NCBI GenBank assembly: GCA_041694835.1
Contig: JBGFRZ010000082.1
Coordinates: forward strand, 62,658 to 126,657
Source: Ignavibacteria bacterium
GTDB lineage: Bacteria > Elusimicrobiota > Endomicrobiia > PHAN01
Reading direction: 5' to 3'
DNA: 64,000 nt
Positions 8,627 to 18,635 of the stretch are shown piece by piece. The notes beneath the pieces are model-generated. The model did not search any database. It was not told the origin of the DNA and worked only from the letters and a program-made list of their open reading frames with translations. The position numbers were made by a program, and so were the translations under genes. The stretch's first letter is position 1. The number at the start of each line of letters is the position of its first letter.

Positions 8627-9499
8627 TCAGAGATTTTTGCTAAAAAATCTCGTTATTGTTTTCTTATACTCATCCGTATGCTCTATATAAGCTGTGCCAT
8701 GGCCGTGCGAATCGAAAACGACCAGTTCCTTGGGTTCCTCCGCTTTTTCATAAACCCTTTTTACCGCTTCAACCGGAATGTTTTCATCGCCAGAAGTAGC
8801 CAACAAAAGAACCGCTGTCGGCGAAACTTTCGATATATTTCGCATCGGAGAGTATCTCTCGGGCGAATGACCCAGGCGGATTATCGCACCCAGAATCGTA
8901 AGAACAACAAGTGGGTGCCGCGGGAGATTAAGAAAAAGTTTCGCATGGTGGGCTGTAATTTCGTTGAAAGAATCAAAAGGGCTTTCGGCCACAACTGCGT
9001 TTATTCTTTTGTCTTTGGAAGCAGCGTATATTGCAGCGACACCACCCATAGAAAATCCGAAAACGCCTATCTTCGCCGACAGAGAAGGTTTTTCCTCTTT
9101 GAGATATTTCACGGCTGAGAGCATGTCCTCAGATTCATATTTTCCCATGGAGGTTTTATTTCCGCCACTTTCTCCGTGATTCGTAAAATCGAAATATAGA
9201 AGATTGTAATGCTGATGGAGAAAAAATGTCGAATATAAAACATCGCCTTTAGAAGCGCCCCATCCGTGACAAATTATTATAGTTTTGGAAGTATTTTTCT
9301 GCGAAGTTATAAACCAACCTGATATTTTTCGTCTGCCGGATTTAAACTCTATTTTTTCAAAAGGAATTTTTAAGTTGTCCGGCGTTACATAATCTCTTAT
9401 GCGAGGTGCATTTAAAATTAAACGAGACGAAAACCATGCCCAAATTAAACAAGTGGTTAGAAAAATAAGTGCCCAAAAAACCGCAGGGTTGAGTTTCAA
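8627..9499 (-). CDS. Membrane-anchored alpha/beta hydrolase
   Basis: N-terminal TM, HGW, HGESGG, nucleophile elbow GFSMG, catalytic D/H region. Confidence 0.85.
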   Translation of the reverse strand: MKLNPAVFWALIFLTTCLIWAWFSSRLILNAPRIRDYVTPDNLKIPFEKIEFKSGRRKISGWFITSQKNTSKTIIICHGWGASKGDVLYSTFFLHQHYNLLYFDFTNHGESGGNKTSMGKYESEDMLSAVKYLKEEKPSLSAKIGVFGFSMGGVAAIYAASKDKRINAVVAESPFDSFNEITAHHAKLFLNLPRHPLVVLTILGAIIRLGHSPERYSPMRNISKVSPTAVLLLATSGDENIPVEAVKRVYEKAEEPKELVVFDSHGHGTAYIEHTDEYKKTITRFFSKNL

Positions 9500-9500
9500 T

Positions 9501-10901
9501 CTATATCTTCCCCCATGGTTTTCTTTTTACAAATCGCCCGTGTCCGACGGTGCCGGTAAATTTTCCGTCTTTCGCTACGATTTTTCCGCGAGAGATTGTA
9601 ACGGCGGGGTAACCTTTTAATTTCATACCCTGGAAAGGCGACCAGTCGCATCTGGTCTGCATATTATTAAAATCAATAACAACCCGTTTATTTGGGTCAA
9701 AGACGCAGATATCGGCGTCGGAGCCGACTTTGATTGTTCCTTTCTGAGGGTATAGTCCGAAAATTTTGGCGGGGTTCGTTGAGACGACTTCCACGAATCT
9801 GTTGAGCGAGAGTTTTTTCTTGTTAACACCCGCGGTAAATATCGTCGGAACCATCGTCTCAAGCCCCGGTATACCGAATGGAATTTTTGTAAAATCCCCC
9901 TGCCACATCGCTTTTTGTTTTGTGTCAAATGTGCAGGTGTCGGTTCCTATGGTGTCAATGTATCCTTTTTTCAATCCTTCCCAAAGACCCAGCTGGTCGT
10001 GTTTCTTTTTTACCTGCGGACAAATGCCGTAAAGGTGTCCCGTTTCCCTGGATTTATAAACATCGTCGGTCAAAAGGAGATAAGTCGGACAGGTCTCCGC
10101 CCATATTTTTACGCCGTCTCTTTTCGCCTCGCGCACAATCTCGGCGCTTTCCGACGCCGACATATGGACGATAAAAAGCCGTCCGCCCGTTTCTTTTGCC
10201 CAAGTCGCCGCGCGGCGGACCGCCTCGTATTCTGTATAACAAGGACGAGCCATCGCGTGAAGATAGGCGCCGTATTTATTCATCATCTCCTGCGTGTGGT
10301 ATCTCTCAATAAGGAGGTCCAGGACAATCGCACTCTCGGCGTGGACAAGGATTAGTCCTCCGTGTTTTGCCGTTTCCTCAAGCCCTTGAAAAAGTATTCC
10401 GTCGTCAGCCATCCAGCCCTGAGAGCGATAAATCATAAACATCTTAAAAGAGGTCACACCGTCCTTTACGAGGTCGCTCATATCTCTTCTCACATTCTCG
10501 TTCCACTTGGTTATTCCGCCGTGAAGAGCGTAATCCACGCACACTTTTCCGTCGGCTTCTTTCTTCCTCGCCTCAACGGTTTCAATAAGAGAACCCCCTT
10601 TGTCCTGTATGGCTATGGCGAAATCAATAACGGTGGTCACGCCGCCGCATGCCGCGGCTTTCGTGCCATTTTCAAAATCGTCGCATGAAACCGTTCCGCA
10701 AAAAGGCAGCTGCAAATGCACATGGGCATCAATCGCGCCGGGAAAAACAAGCAATCCCCTGGCATCGAGCATATGGGCGCCATCTGCTCTGATGTCTTTT
10801 TTGACCGAGACGACTTTCTCTCCTTTGATGGCGATGTCGGCAACAAATGTCTTTTCGGCAAGAACGATTTTTCCGCCTTTAACGACTAAATCAAATGACA
10901 T
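9501..10901 (-). CDS. hydA: Dihydropyrimidinase (D-hydantoinase)
   Basis: PGAIDAHVH, GTKAAACGGVTTVIDF, SFKMFM, DFTKIPFGIPG; SD GGAGG before the ATG at 10901. Confidence 0.92.
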   Translation of the reverse strand: MSFDLVVKGGKIVLAEKTFVADIAIKGEKVVSVKKDIRADGAHMLDARGLLVFPGAIDAHVHLQLPFCGTVSCDDFENGTKAAACGGVTTVIDFAIAIQDKGGSLIETVEARKKEADGKVCVDYALHGGITKWNENVRRDMSDLVKDGVTSFKMFMIYRSQGWMADDGILFQGLEETAKHGGLILVHAESAIVLDLLIERYHTQEMMNKYGAYLHAMARPCYTEYEAVRRAATWAKETGGRLFIVHMSASESAEIVREAKRDGVKIWAETCPTYLLLTDDVYKSRETGHLYGICPQVKKKHDQLGLWEGLKKGYIDTIGTDTCTFDTKQKAMWQGDFTKIPFGIPGLETMVPTIFTAGVNKKKLSLNRFVEVVSTNPAKIFGLYPQKGTIKVGSDADICVFDPNKRVVIDFNNMQTRCDWSPFQGMKLKGYPAVTISRGKIVAKDGKFTGTVGHGRFVKRKPWGKI

Positions 10902-11206
10902 AAAACCTCCTCTTAATATAGGCAAAGAAAAATAGGAAATAGGGAACGATGGAAAGAACGGTGCCAGATGTCAGATGCAGGTTAAAACGACAGATACACG
11001 TTGTAGCGGCACCGCCTTGCAGTGCAAATAATTGGCATCGTAAAGCTTGTCCTCGCAGGGGAACGATGCATCTACCTGTATTCTGTATTTGCTTTTCCTT
11101 TATCCTGCATCCTGTATCTGTTTTTTGGTATCCGGGATCCGGTATCCGCTATCGCTTTTGTCTGTTCTACTGCTCCGACCTCTGACCTCTCATCTCTGAC
11201 CTCTGT

Positions 11207-11680
11207 TTATTCCAGCATATATTCTTCAAAAGGAATTCCTTTCTTAATCAATTCTTCGCGCCAGAGTTGTTTTGCCTTCGGCATTTTTTCGCGTGAGCGT
11301 CTCACCCATTTTGATTCGGGCGGCGAAAAGAGTTCCGCCGCCGTCTGATACCATACATATGCATATTTTATTGACGATTCTTCTCGTTCTCTTTTATTGT
11401 TAAACTCAATGATTTCTGTTTGTATTTCGTATTCTTTCTGTGAGATTTTTTTTGAATCCAACTTCTTTTGAAGTGATGTTTTTTCTTTGGAGAGTTTTTC
11501 GTCAAAAAACTTCTCTTTTAATTGAGGGTTTTCGTGCCATGCCCAAAACTTTTCGCCTTCAAGATACGCCGAGCGAGCACGCATTACAACATCAACATAA
11601 ATGAGCGCATAAACTGCAATTATGGTAGCAACGACCGAGGCGGCAATTCTTTGCCATTTTTTAGGAAATAATTTATTCAT
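11207..11680 (-). CDS. Hypothetical membrane-anchored protein
   Basis: 157-aa ORF with a single N-terminal TM helix, co-oriented with neighbours. Confidence 0.7.
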   Translation of the reverse strand: MNKLFPKKWQRIAASVVATIIAVYALIYVDVVMRARSAYLEGEKFWAWHENPQLKEKFFDEKLSKEKTSLQKKLDSKKISQKEYEIQTEIIEFNNKREREESSIKYAYVWYQTAAELFSPPESKWVRRSREKMPKAKQLWREELIKKGIPFEEYMLE

Positions 11681-12077
11681 CTTTGTTTTTTATCTTTTTA
11701 TGTCTTTAATGTCGTGCGTCCGATAAAAATGTTCTTTTAATCTCTATAATCGTTTTCAACCTGCTCTTCTTTTTCCACAAACTCTTTTATCTACCTGCGA
11801 TGATTCGGTTACTCCAAAAAATTTTCGTCTTGTTTTTCTCATTTGAGCGAGCACATTAAGAGAGGTTTAAAAATTTTTCTTCGTTGAGCGATTCTGCTTC
11901 TTCGTAACTTCCCTGTCTCCAATAGATTTTTCTTCCATCTGATATTTTTTTCTAATTTTCATAATAGTGTTCCGGACAATGTTTTCATTGGTTTATTTCG
12001 CACAGAGGATTTTTAATTGAGACCCGTCTCCAATTCCATCCAATTCCAAATTCTGACAATTTACCACTGCTTTTATT

Positions 12078-13082
12078 CTAAACAGATAGTAATTTTAATT
12101 GATGAATATGTTGATACCGATAATGATTACGTTTAATCAAAGAATGCTTTTTTTCAATGTCAACTTCTTTCAATCTTCGAATAGCAATTTTTACATATTC
12201 ACTATTAGAATCAATTCCAATGTATTTCTTTTCTAATATCTTGGCAGCGACTGTCGTGGTAGCGCTCCCAACAAAAGGGTCTAATATAATGGCATTTTTA
12301 GAAAAAGCCGATAACTGAATCAAATATTCACAGATCGCTAATGGTTTCACTGTTTTATGTAGATTATAATCTCCTTTTTCTTTCTTTGATGGTTTGGGCA
12401 ACAGGAACACTTTATCAATCTCAGTGTTTATGTTTTCAGTGGTAATTACATTTGCTGGATACATATTTTTACCCAATCTAATATTCGTATTTACCAAACC
12501 AACTTTGTATTTCAACATGTTGTTTAGATAAGTAGTGTCTGTCGGTTTTTGCGCCACAGCAATAGGTTCAAAACAAGATTTAATCTGCGGGGTCTTCCAT
12601 CCGTGCAATCTTTCTCTAATAATATTTTTTTGGTCATTGCCAGCTCCCATCTTATCAATAAAATGATTAAGCCCCATTGCCTTTGCCTGATTTTGAGTAT
12701 AGAGCCACATGAAAACATCTCTGATCTCAAATCCCGCATCGTCCAATGCTGATGCCATTCTATGATATAGGCGAGGACTAGAAAATGAAAAGAAAAATCC
12801 ACCGGGTTTCAATAATCTGATAATTTCCTTTGATATTTTTAAATACCAACTATAAAATCTGACGCCTTGTTCTCTCTCAAATTTCATTCCAGCTGGCAAT
12901 GACTTTATGATGTAGTGATTGCGTGTATTAGTTACTACTTCATGATTCCATTGGTTGTCCAGTTTATCTAAAAAATACGGGGGGTCAGTTATAACAAGAT
13001 CTATTGAATTGCTTTCAATTTGCGGAAGCACGTTTAATGCATTATCACATATAATTTTATTCAAAAATTTTTTGTTTTTCAT
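12078..13082 (-). CDS. Type II DNA methyltransferase (N6-A/N4-C, beta class)
   Basis: ITDPPY near the N-terminus, HKTVKP, LDPFVGSATT; AT-rich. Confidence 0.9.
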   Translation of the reverse strand: MKNKKFLNKIICDNALNVLPQIESNSIDLVITDPPYFLDKLDNQWNHEVVTNTRNHYIIKSLPAGMKFEREQGVRFYSWYLKISKEIIRLLKPGGFFFSFSSPRLYHRMASALDDAGFEIRDVFMWLYTQNQAKAMGLNHFIDKMGAGNDQKNIIRERLHGWKTPQIKSCFEPIAVAQKPTDTTYLNNMLKYKVGLVNTNIRLGKNMYPANVITTENINTEIDKVFLLPKPSKKEKGDYNLHKTVKPLAICEYLIQLSAFSKNAIILDPFVGSATTTVAAKILEKKYIGIDSNSEYVKIAIRRLKEVDIEKKHSLIKRNHYRYQHIHQLKLLSV

Positions 13083-13085
13083 ACT

Positions 13086-13810
13086 CTATTTTATTTCGGA
13101 AGGTTTTTTACCGTCAAACTTATCATATAGAATTTTGTAAATTTTTATTTTTATCTCTCTATCGCAAGTTCTTACCACATTTGAATCGGCAACTTTTATT
13201 ACTCTGCCTTTTTCGTCATAAACCCATCTATTCCTATCTCCACGATTACACTTTTGACATTGAGGAATAATATTATCCGCAACTAATGGTTTACGAGGAT
13301 TCATATGAGCTTTTTGTAATTTTGTTTTTGTGGCAGGCCAATGCAAATGAGGCAGTCCTTCTTCGGAACCACATGTGGCGCATCTAAAATGATATTTTTC
13401 TTTCATCTTACTCCAATCGTCCGTATCACTAATTCTATGTCCTTTTTTAAAAGATGGGTAGGGCTTTTCTAATGTGTATAATTGATACTCCCCCCTTTTA
13501 AGATTCAAGACGATATTATCTCTGCCCCCTGCCACAATCCACCAACCTTTTTGTGCTCCTAAATGCCTGGCCTGTTGCACATCATTGACATCAGGGTCAA
13601 ACTCTCGAATAAATCTCGTTAGTTCTTCTTTAGTAACTTTATTCGTATATGGATAGTTCTGAGCTAAATAAACTAAAACAAGCGCATCCTTTTAAAATTG
13701 CCAGAAGCATCATGAAGTCTAGGTAAACCAACCCCATATTTTTCCAAATGTTTTGCATGACACTCTTTAATAATAGTGTGATAAATTCTATATATTTCGT
13801 TCTTATCCAT
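13086..13810 (-). pseudogene. HNH-type restriction endonuclease, frameshifted near 13690-13697
   Basis: MDKNEIYR..HDASGNF frame stops (TAG); the -1 frame continues KDALVLVYLAQ.. into the 164-aa ORF with CATC..H..AH..N..CQKCN. Confidence 0.7.
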
Positions 13811-13813
13811 ATT

Positions 13814-15022
13814 TTATGTTTTCATTTCGAGTGTCACGCAGGATTCTACGGGGCAAATCACGGCGCAGAGGCCGCATCCGACGCATTTTTCTTCGTCGAC
13901 CGACGGCAAACGGTTGCTGTCAAGGGTAATCGCTTGATGTCCCCCGTCGGAACATCCAAGATAACAAAGGTCACATTTCTCGCAGGTTTCTTTGTCGATT
14001 TTGCTGACCGGCTTTTTTTCTCTTGAAAGAGCGACGTGCGAAGAGATTTTTTGTGCAGAAACGCCGACCATGTCGGATATTTTTGCAAAGCCCTTGTCGT
14101 CCATGAAGTTTGAAAGTCCGTCTTTGAGGTCCTCGACGATTCTATAGCCGTAATGCATTGCCGCTGTACAGACCTGAAGTCCCGACGCTCCCATAAGTAA
14201 AAACTCGGCAGCGTCCCGCCAAGTGGTTATTCCGCCCATTCCCGATATCGGAAGACCCAGACGTTCGTCGAGATAAAGTTCGGTAATGAATCTGAGCGCA
14301 ATCGGTTTTACGGCGGGACCTGACAATCCTCCGAGAGCGGATTTTCCGTTTACCGTTGGGAGCGGAATCAGTGTTTCAAGGTCAACACCAATTACCGCCT
14401 GAACGGTGTTTATCGCGGCTATGGCATCCGCTCCGCCGTTTTTTGCGGCAAGAGCGGGCTCTCTCATATCTGTGATATTAGGTGTGAGTTTTGCAAGAAC
14501 AGGCATTTTGCCCGCGGCTTTTTTTACCCATCCGCAGACCTTCTCGACGTTTGAAGGCGATTTCCCCGTCGCAGAGCCCATTCCTTTTTCAGGCATTCCG
14601 TGGGGACATCCGAAGTTTAATTCAAGTCCGTCGACGCCGCAGTCAAGCACTTTTTTCGTTATTTCCGTCCACGACTCTTCGTCGTTTGCAACCATTAGCG
14701 ACGCTACTACGACATTTTTTGGATATTTTTTTTTCGTCTCGCGGATTTCTTTTAAGTTTACTTCAAGGGTTCTGTCGGTTATCATCTCTATGTTTTCAAG
14801 CGCGATGAGTTTTTTGTCCTCGTAGTCAAGTCCGGCAAGGCGCGGGCTGACGTTGACAATCGGAGTTTTTTCTTCCAATCCGAGAGTTTTCCAGACGGCG
14901 CCGCCCCAGCCGGCGTCAAACGCCCTCTGAATCATCTCGCCGGTATTTGTCACCGGACTTGAAGCCAACCAGAACGGATTTTGGGATTTGATACCACAAA
15001 AATCAATCGAAATGTCCGCCAT
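13814..15022 (-). CDS. preA: Dihydropyrimidine dehydrogenase catalytic subunit PreA
   Basis: NPFWLASSP, GWGGAVWKT, ELNFGCPHGM, KLTPNITD, two C-terminal 4Fe-4S motifs. Confidence 0.93.
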   Translation of the reverse strand: MADISIDFCGIKSQNPFWLASSPVTNTGEMIQRAFDAGWGGAVWKTLGLEEKTPIVNVSPRLAGLDYEDKKLIALENIEMITDRTLEVNLKEIRETKKKYPKNVVVASLMVANDEESWTEITKKVLDCGVDGLELNFGCPHGMPEKGMGSATGKSPSNVEKVCGWVKKAAGKMPVLAKLTPNITDMREPALAAKNGGADAIAAINTVQAVIGVDLETLIPLPTVNGKSALGGLSGPAVKPIALRFITELYLDERLGLPISGMGGITTWRDAAEFLLMGASGLQVCTAAMHYGYRIVEDLKDGLSNFMDDKGFAKISDMVGVSAQKISSHVALSREKKPVSKIDKETCEKCDLCYLGCSDGGHQAITLDSNRLPSVDEEKCVGCGLCAVICPVESCVTLEMKT

Positions 15023-15123
15023 AAAACCTCCTGACTCCGCTATAGCGGGAAGTTAAAGGTCAAAGGATAAAGGGTAAAGGTCAAAATATTTAGATTTTAT
15101 ACCTTTAATTTTAACCTTTCACC

Positions 15124-16365
15124 TTAAATTTTAACCTTTATATTCTTCTTATCAATCTCCAAAACTGTGTTTAGTAAAACATTTATGCCTTTGCAACAGT
15201 CATCAAGTGATGTAAATTCTAACTCGCAATGACTGTGTCCGTCTTTAGACGGAACAAAAATCATCGTGGCGGGAATTATATCGGCGACATACTGAGCGTC
15301 GTGACCTGCTCCGCTGTACATCTTTTTGCTTGTGTATCCGAAGGCGTCCGCACTTTTTTGGACAAGAGCGACTAATTCTTCGTTGAATCTGACCGTTTTG
15401 CGCGACCATGCCTCTTCGCATTTCACTTCGCACTTGTCAAATTCTTTTGGAATGTTTTTGATTATTTCCACAACTTGTTTTATGACTTCCGGTTCCTTGT
15501 GTCTTGCGTCCAATGAAAAATCCACATAGTCGGGTATGACGGTATGGATATTCGGATGGCAGATTATATTACCCGTCGTATAGACAAGAGCGCTGTCAAG
15601 TTTGTCAAGTTCCCGGTGAAGATATTTAATCGCGGAAGCCGCGGCCAATAGAGCGTCTCGTCTGAACTTCATCGGCGTTGTTCCCGCGTGGTCGGACTGC
15701 CCATAAGTTCTTATTCTGTAATTTACCATTCCCAAAACACCTTCTACAACACCGATTTCTTTTTTTTCGGCTTCAAGCACGGGGCCTTGTTCAATATGCA
15801 ACTCCAACATCGCTATGTAATCTTTCGGATTGAGCCGGTTCGATTGAGCGCCGACGTATCCACTCTCTTTTAGCGCTTCGCCGAATGTTTTTCCGTCGGG
15901 GCTTTTTGACGAGAGTATTTTTTCTTTTTCAAACTTGCCGCAGACGACGCCTGATGAGAGCATCGCCGGAGGATAGAGTGAGCCCTCTTCGTTGGTCCAG
16001 ATCATAGCGGTAACAGGGTGATTGTGGGGAATTTTTTGCGTAGCGAGTGTTTCCACTACTTCAAGAGCCGCAATGACTCCCAAAATGCCGTCGTAGTTGC
16101 CACCGTTTCTTACGGAATCGCAGTGGGAAGCAATCACAATTTTCGGAAGGCCTTTTTCGGGACCGGGGTGCGTCGCATACATATTTGCCATGTCGTCGGT
16201 TACGGTTTTTGCGCCTACTGAATTCATTCTTTTGACAAACTCGGCTCTTGCCTGAAGGTCTTCTTTCGACAGCGAAAATCTCGTTATTCCGCCGCGGGCC
16301 GTAGCGCCGAATTTCGCGAAAGTTTCGATTTTATTTTTTACTCTTTCTTTGTTGCAAGTCAGCAT
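15124..16365 (-). CDS. M20 Zn amidohydrolase, probable beta-ureidopropionase (N-carbamoyl-beta-alanine amidohydrolase)
   Basis: SHCDSV..GGNYDG, WTNEEG, ELHIEQGP, HAGTTPM, SGAGHDA; context with preA and hydA. Confidence 0.85.
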   Translation of the reverse strand: MLTCNKERVKNKIETFAKFGATARGGITRFSLSKEDLQARAEFVKRMNSVGAKTVTDDMANMYATHPGPEKGLPKIVIASHCDSVRNGGNYDGILGVIAALEVVETLATQKIPHNHPVTAMIWTNEEGSLYPPAMLSSGVVCGKFEKEKILSSKSPDGKTFGEALKESGYVGAQSNRLNPKDYIAMLELHIEQGPVLEAEKKEIGVVEGVLGMVNYRIRTYGQSDHAGTTPMKFRRDALLAAASAIKYLHRELDKLDSALVYTTGNIICHPNIHTVIPDYVDFSLDARHKEPEVIKQVVEIIKNIPKEFDKCEVKCEEAWSRKTVRFNEELVALVQKSADAFGYTSKKMYSGAGHDAQYVADIIPATMIFVPSKDGHSHCELEFTSLDDCCKGINVLLNTVLEIDKKNIKVKI

Positions 16366-16511
16366 ATTCTATACCCCGGCGACATAGCGACGCATCGACT
16401 CAGCGACATAATAGCAGAGCAACAGAGCAGTAGCGAGTAGCGGGTAGATAGTAGATAGGGGGAACAACCCTCGCTACTCGCTACCATCTACTATCTACTA
16501 TTCGCTATTTG

Positions 16512-18350
16512 CTATCTACCATCCAACTCCAGTTCTTTCAACTTTTCCTGCTTCGGTATTCCTTCTTCATCCCATCCGCGATGGACATAATACTCCATAA
16601 CCATTTTTGCGACATTCGGGACCACGCCTTTCGCTTTTCCTTCTTTTTTCGGATATACGGTAATTCTCGACGGTTCCAGGTCATCTTTTCTTGAAATGCC
16701 GAGGCGCGTGTTGTAGAGCCGTTTTAAATCGAACAATCGCTCGCCTGTTTTCATATAGTCGTCGAGTGTCCAGTCCCATCCACAAACGGCGTTGACCCAG
16801 TTTGAAATCTGCGACGGACCCACACGGGCGTGAAACAGAAATTTACAGAGTCCGAGCGGATTAAATAATGATATAAAATTTTGCATCTCAAAAACAATTT
16901 TCGGTTTGTCGGTTTCTTCAAACTGGTTCGGCGGGGCGGTGATTCCCAGATCTTTGCAAGGGACGCCCCTATCAAGAAAGTATGTGAGACCTTCAAGATG
17001 ACACGCACCTCTTGCGGCGGTCGCGTAGTTGATTGCCATAGAGACATGTCCTCTCGGGTCGTGGGCGGGAAAGTCAAGTCCTTTGTTGTGAGAAACATAC
17101 TCGATAGTATTTTTGCCGATGGCTTTTGCCGCATCTCTGACACCTTTTGCAAGGAGAACACCGATGTTTTTTTTGTAAGCGGTCATCTTAATTATTTCAA
17201 CGAGAGTCTTCGCGTCGCCCCATTTGAACTCAACGTCTCCAGTGTCTGCTCTTGTGATTTTTCCTTTCTCGTAACACTCAATCGCAAACGCGGCGACAGA
17301 GCCCATGGAAATCGTATCCATACCGAGCTTATTTGTGAGTTCGTTTATATACGCCAATACATAGAGGTCGTTATTTAAAACATTTGAGCCGAGCATCGCG
17401 ACGGTCTCATACTCGGGATAGTGGCCACAGAAACTTCCGAAGTTCTTTAACTCGCCCTTGACGAGCTTGCCGCAGCCGATGGGACATGCCCAGCAAGCGT
17501 AGTGCTTGACCCAGATTTTTTCTCTCATCGCCTGTCCCGAAATTTTTACAATATCGGGATACGTTCCAATGGCGTAATTTTTTATCGGAAGGTCGCCGAA
17601 CGACTCAACTGCAGGAGAGCCGCCGGCAGTACCAAATTCTCCGAGGGCTTTTGCATTTTCTTTTATCGCGGGTATTTCTTCTTTAAGCAGTGCTCTTAAT
17701 TTTTCGGGGTCTGCGACGGCGACTCTTTTCCCCTGACCTTTTACGACGATAGCTTTAAGGTTTTTTGAGCCCATGTTGGCACCGATGCCCGAGCGCGCCG
17801 CAAAACGGGAATTGGGCGGGTCAAAACAAATTGCGGCTATACTGACAAGATTTTCTCCAGCAGGGCCTATCGCGGCGACGAGATGCTTCTCATGTCTCTT
17901 TGAGAGAATTTCACCGGTTTCGTAGGTATCCTTTCCCCACAAATCACTGGCATCCTGTATCCTGCATCCTGCATCTATTATTAGATAAACCGGCTTATTG
18001 GATTTTCCCGTTATTAAAATTCCGTCATATCCGAGCATCCTGAATTCCGTCGGCCAATGGCCGCCCACGGTCGCTTCGTTCCAAATGCCCGTAAGCGGCG
18101 ATTTTGCGCAGACGGACATTTTGCAGGCAGTCGGCACGACTGTCCCGGTTAAAAGCCCCGACAAAAACAAAATTGGATTTTCTTCTGAAAGTGGCGCGAG
18201 GTTAACAGGGGCTTCGTTGTAAAGAATCTTTGCGGCAAGACCCGAGCCGAGCGTATATTTTTTGACATCCGTCTCATTGATTGGTTTCTCGCCGATTTTT
18301 CCCGACGACAAATCAACGGTTAAAATTTTCCCATGAAATCCGTTCGGCAT
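16512..18350 (-). CDS. Aldehyde:ferredoxin oxidoreductase (W/Mo, AOR family)
   Basis: KSPLTG, IGPAGE, MGSKNLKAIVV, CWACPIGC, EYET, GMDTIS, RGACH. Confidence 0.92.
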   Translation of the reverse strand: MPNGFHGKILTVDLSSGKIGEKPINETDVKKYTLGSGLAAKILYNEAPVNLAPLSEENPILFLSGLLTGTVVPTACKMSVCAKSPLTGIWNEATVGGHWPTEFRMLGYDGILITGKSNKPVYLIIDAGCRIQDASDLWGKDTYETGEILSKRHEKHLVAAIGPAGENLVSIAAICFDPPNSRFAARSGIGANMGSKNLKAIVVKGQGKRVAVADPEKLRALLKEEIPAIKENAKALGEFGTAGGSPAVESFGDLPIKNYAIGTYPDIVKISGQAMREKIWVKHYACWACPIGCGKLVKGELKNFGSFCGHYPEYETVAMLGSNVLNNDLYVLAYINELTNKLGMDTISMGSVAAFAIECYEKGKITRADTGDVEFKWGDAKTLVEIIKMTAYKKNIGVLLAKGVRDAAKAIGKNTIEYVSHNKGLDFPAHDPRGHVSMAINYATAARGACHLEGLTYFLDRGVPCKDLGITAPPNQFEETDKPKIVFEMQNFISLFNPLGLCKFLFHARVGPSQISNWVNAVCGWDWTLDDYMKTGERLFDLKRLYNTRLGISRKDDLEPSRITVYPKKEGKAKGVVPNVAKMVMEYYVHRGWDEEGIPKQEKLKELELDGR

Positions 18351-18371
18351 ACTTCCTCCGAAGTCATTAAC

Positions 18372-18563
18372 TTATGTACCAGTTTTAATAAAGTCAATAG
18401 CACAATCATCACATAAAGGCGCCCATGCCTGTTCAGTATAAAAAGCATCGTATTGGTTATTGTCTTTTTTCTTTGCTTCATCTTCGTCAATATAACCGAA
18501 TCTTACTTCAACCGCCATTGTCTCGTTATCAAATATTTCTTCACATTTTTCACATTTCCACAT
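18372..18563 (-). CDS. Small zinc-finger-like protein (63 aa)
   Basis: CEKC...CDDC, acidic, plausible SD; lies inside the R-M insertion. Confidence 0.55.
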   Translation of the reverse strand: MWKCEKCEEIFDNETMAVEVRFGYIDEDEAKKKDNNQYDAFYTEQAWAPLCDDCAIDFIKTGT

Positions 18564-18635
18564 AAATTCTCTTAAATCGAAACAGAAACCTTCGTGCCGA
18601 AATTAAATCGAAAGCATATTTGTAATAAGGAGCAA

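Noticed and set aside
13685-13700. Programmed -1 frameshift in the HNH gene
   Set aside because: The in-frame TTT AAA AGG does not fit an X XXY YYZ slippery site; a deletion or sequencing error is simpler.
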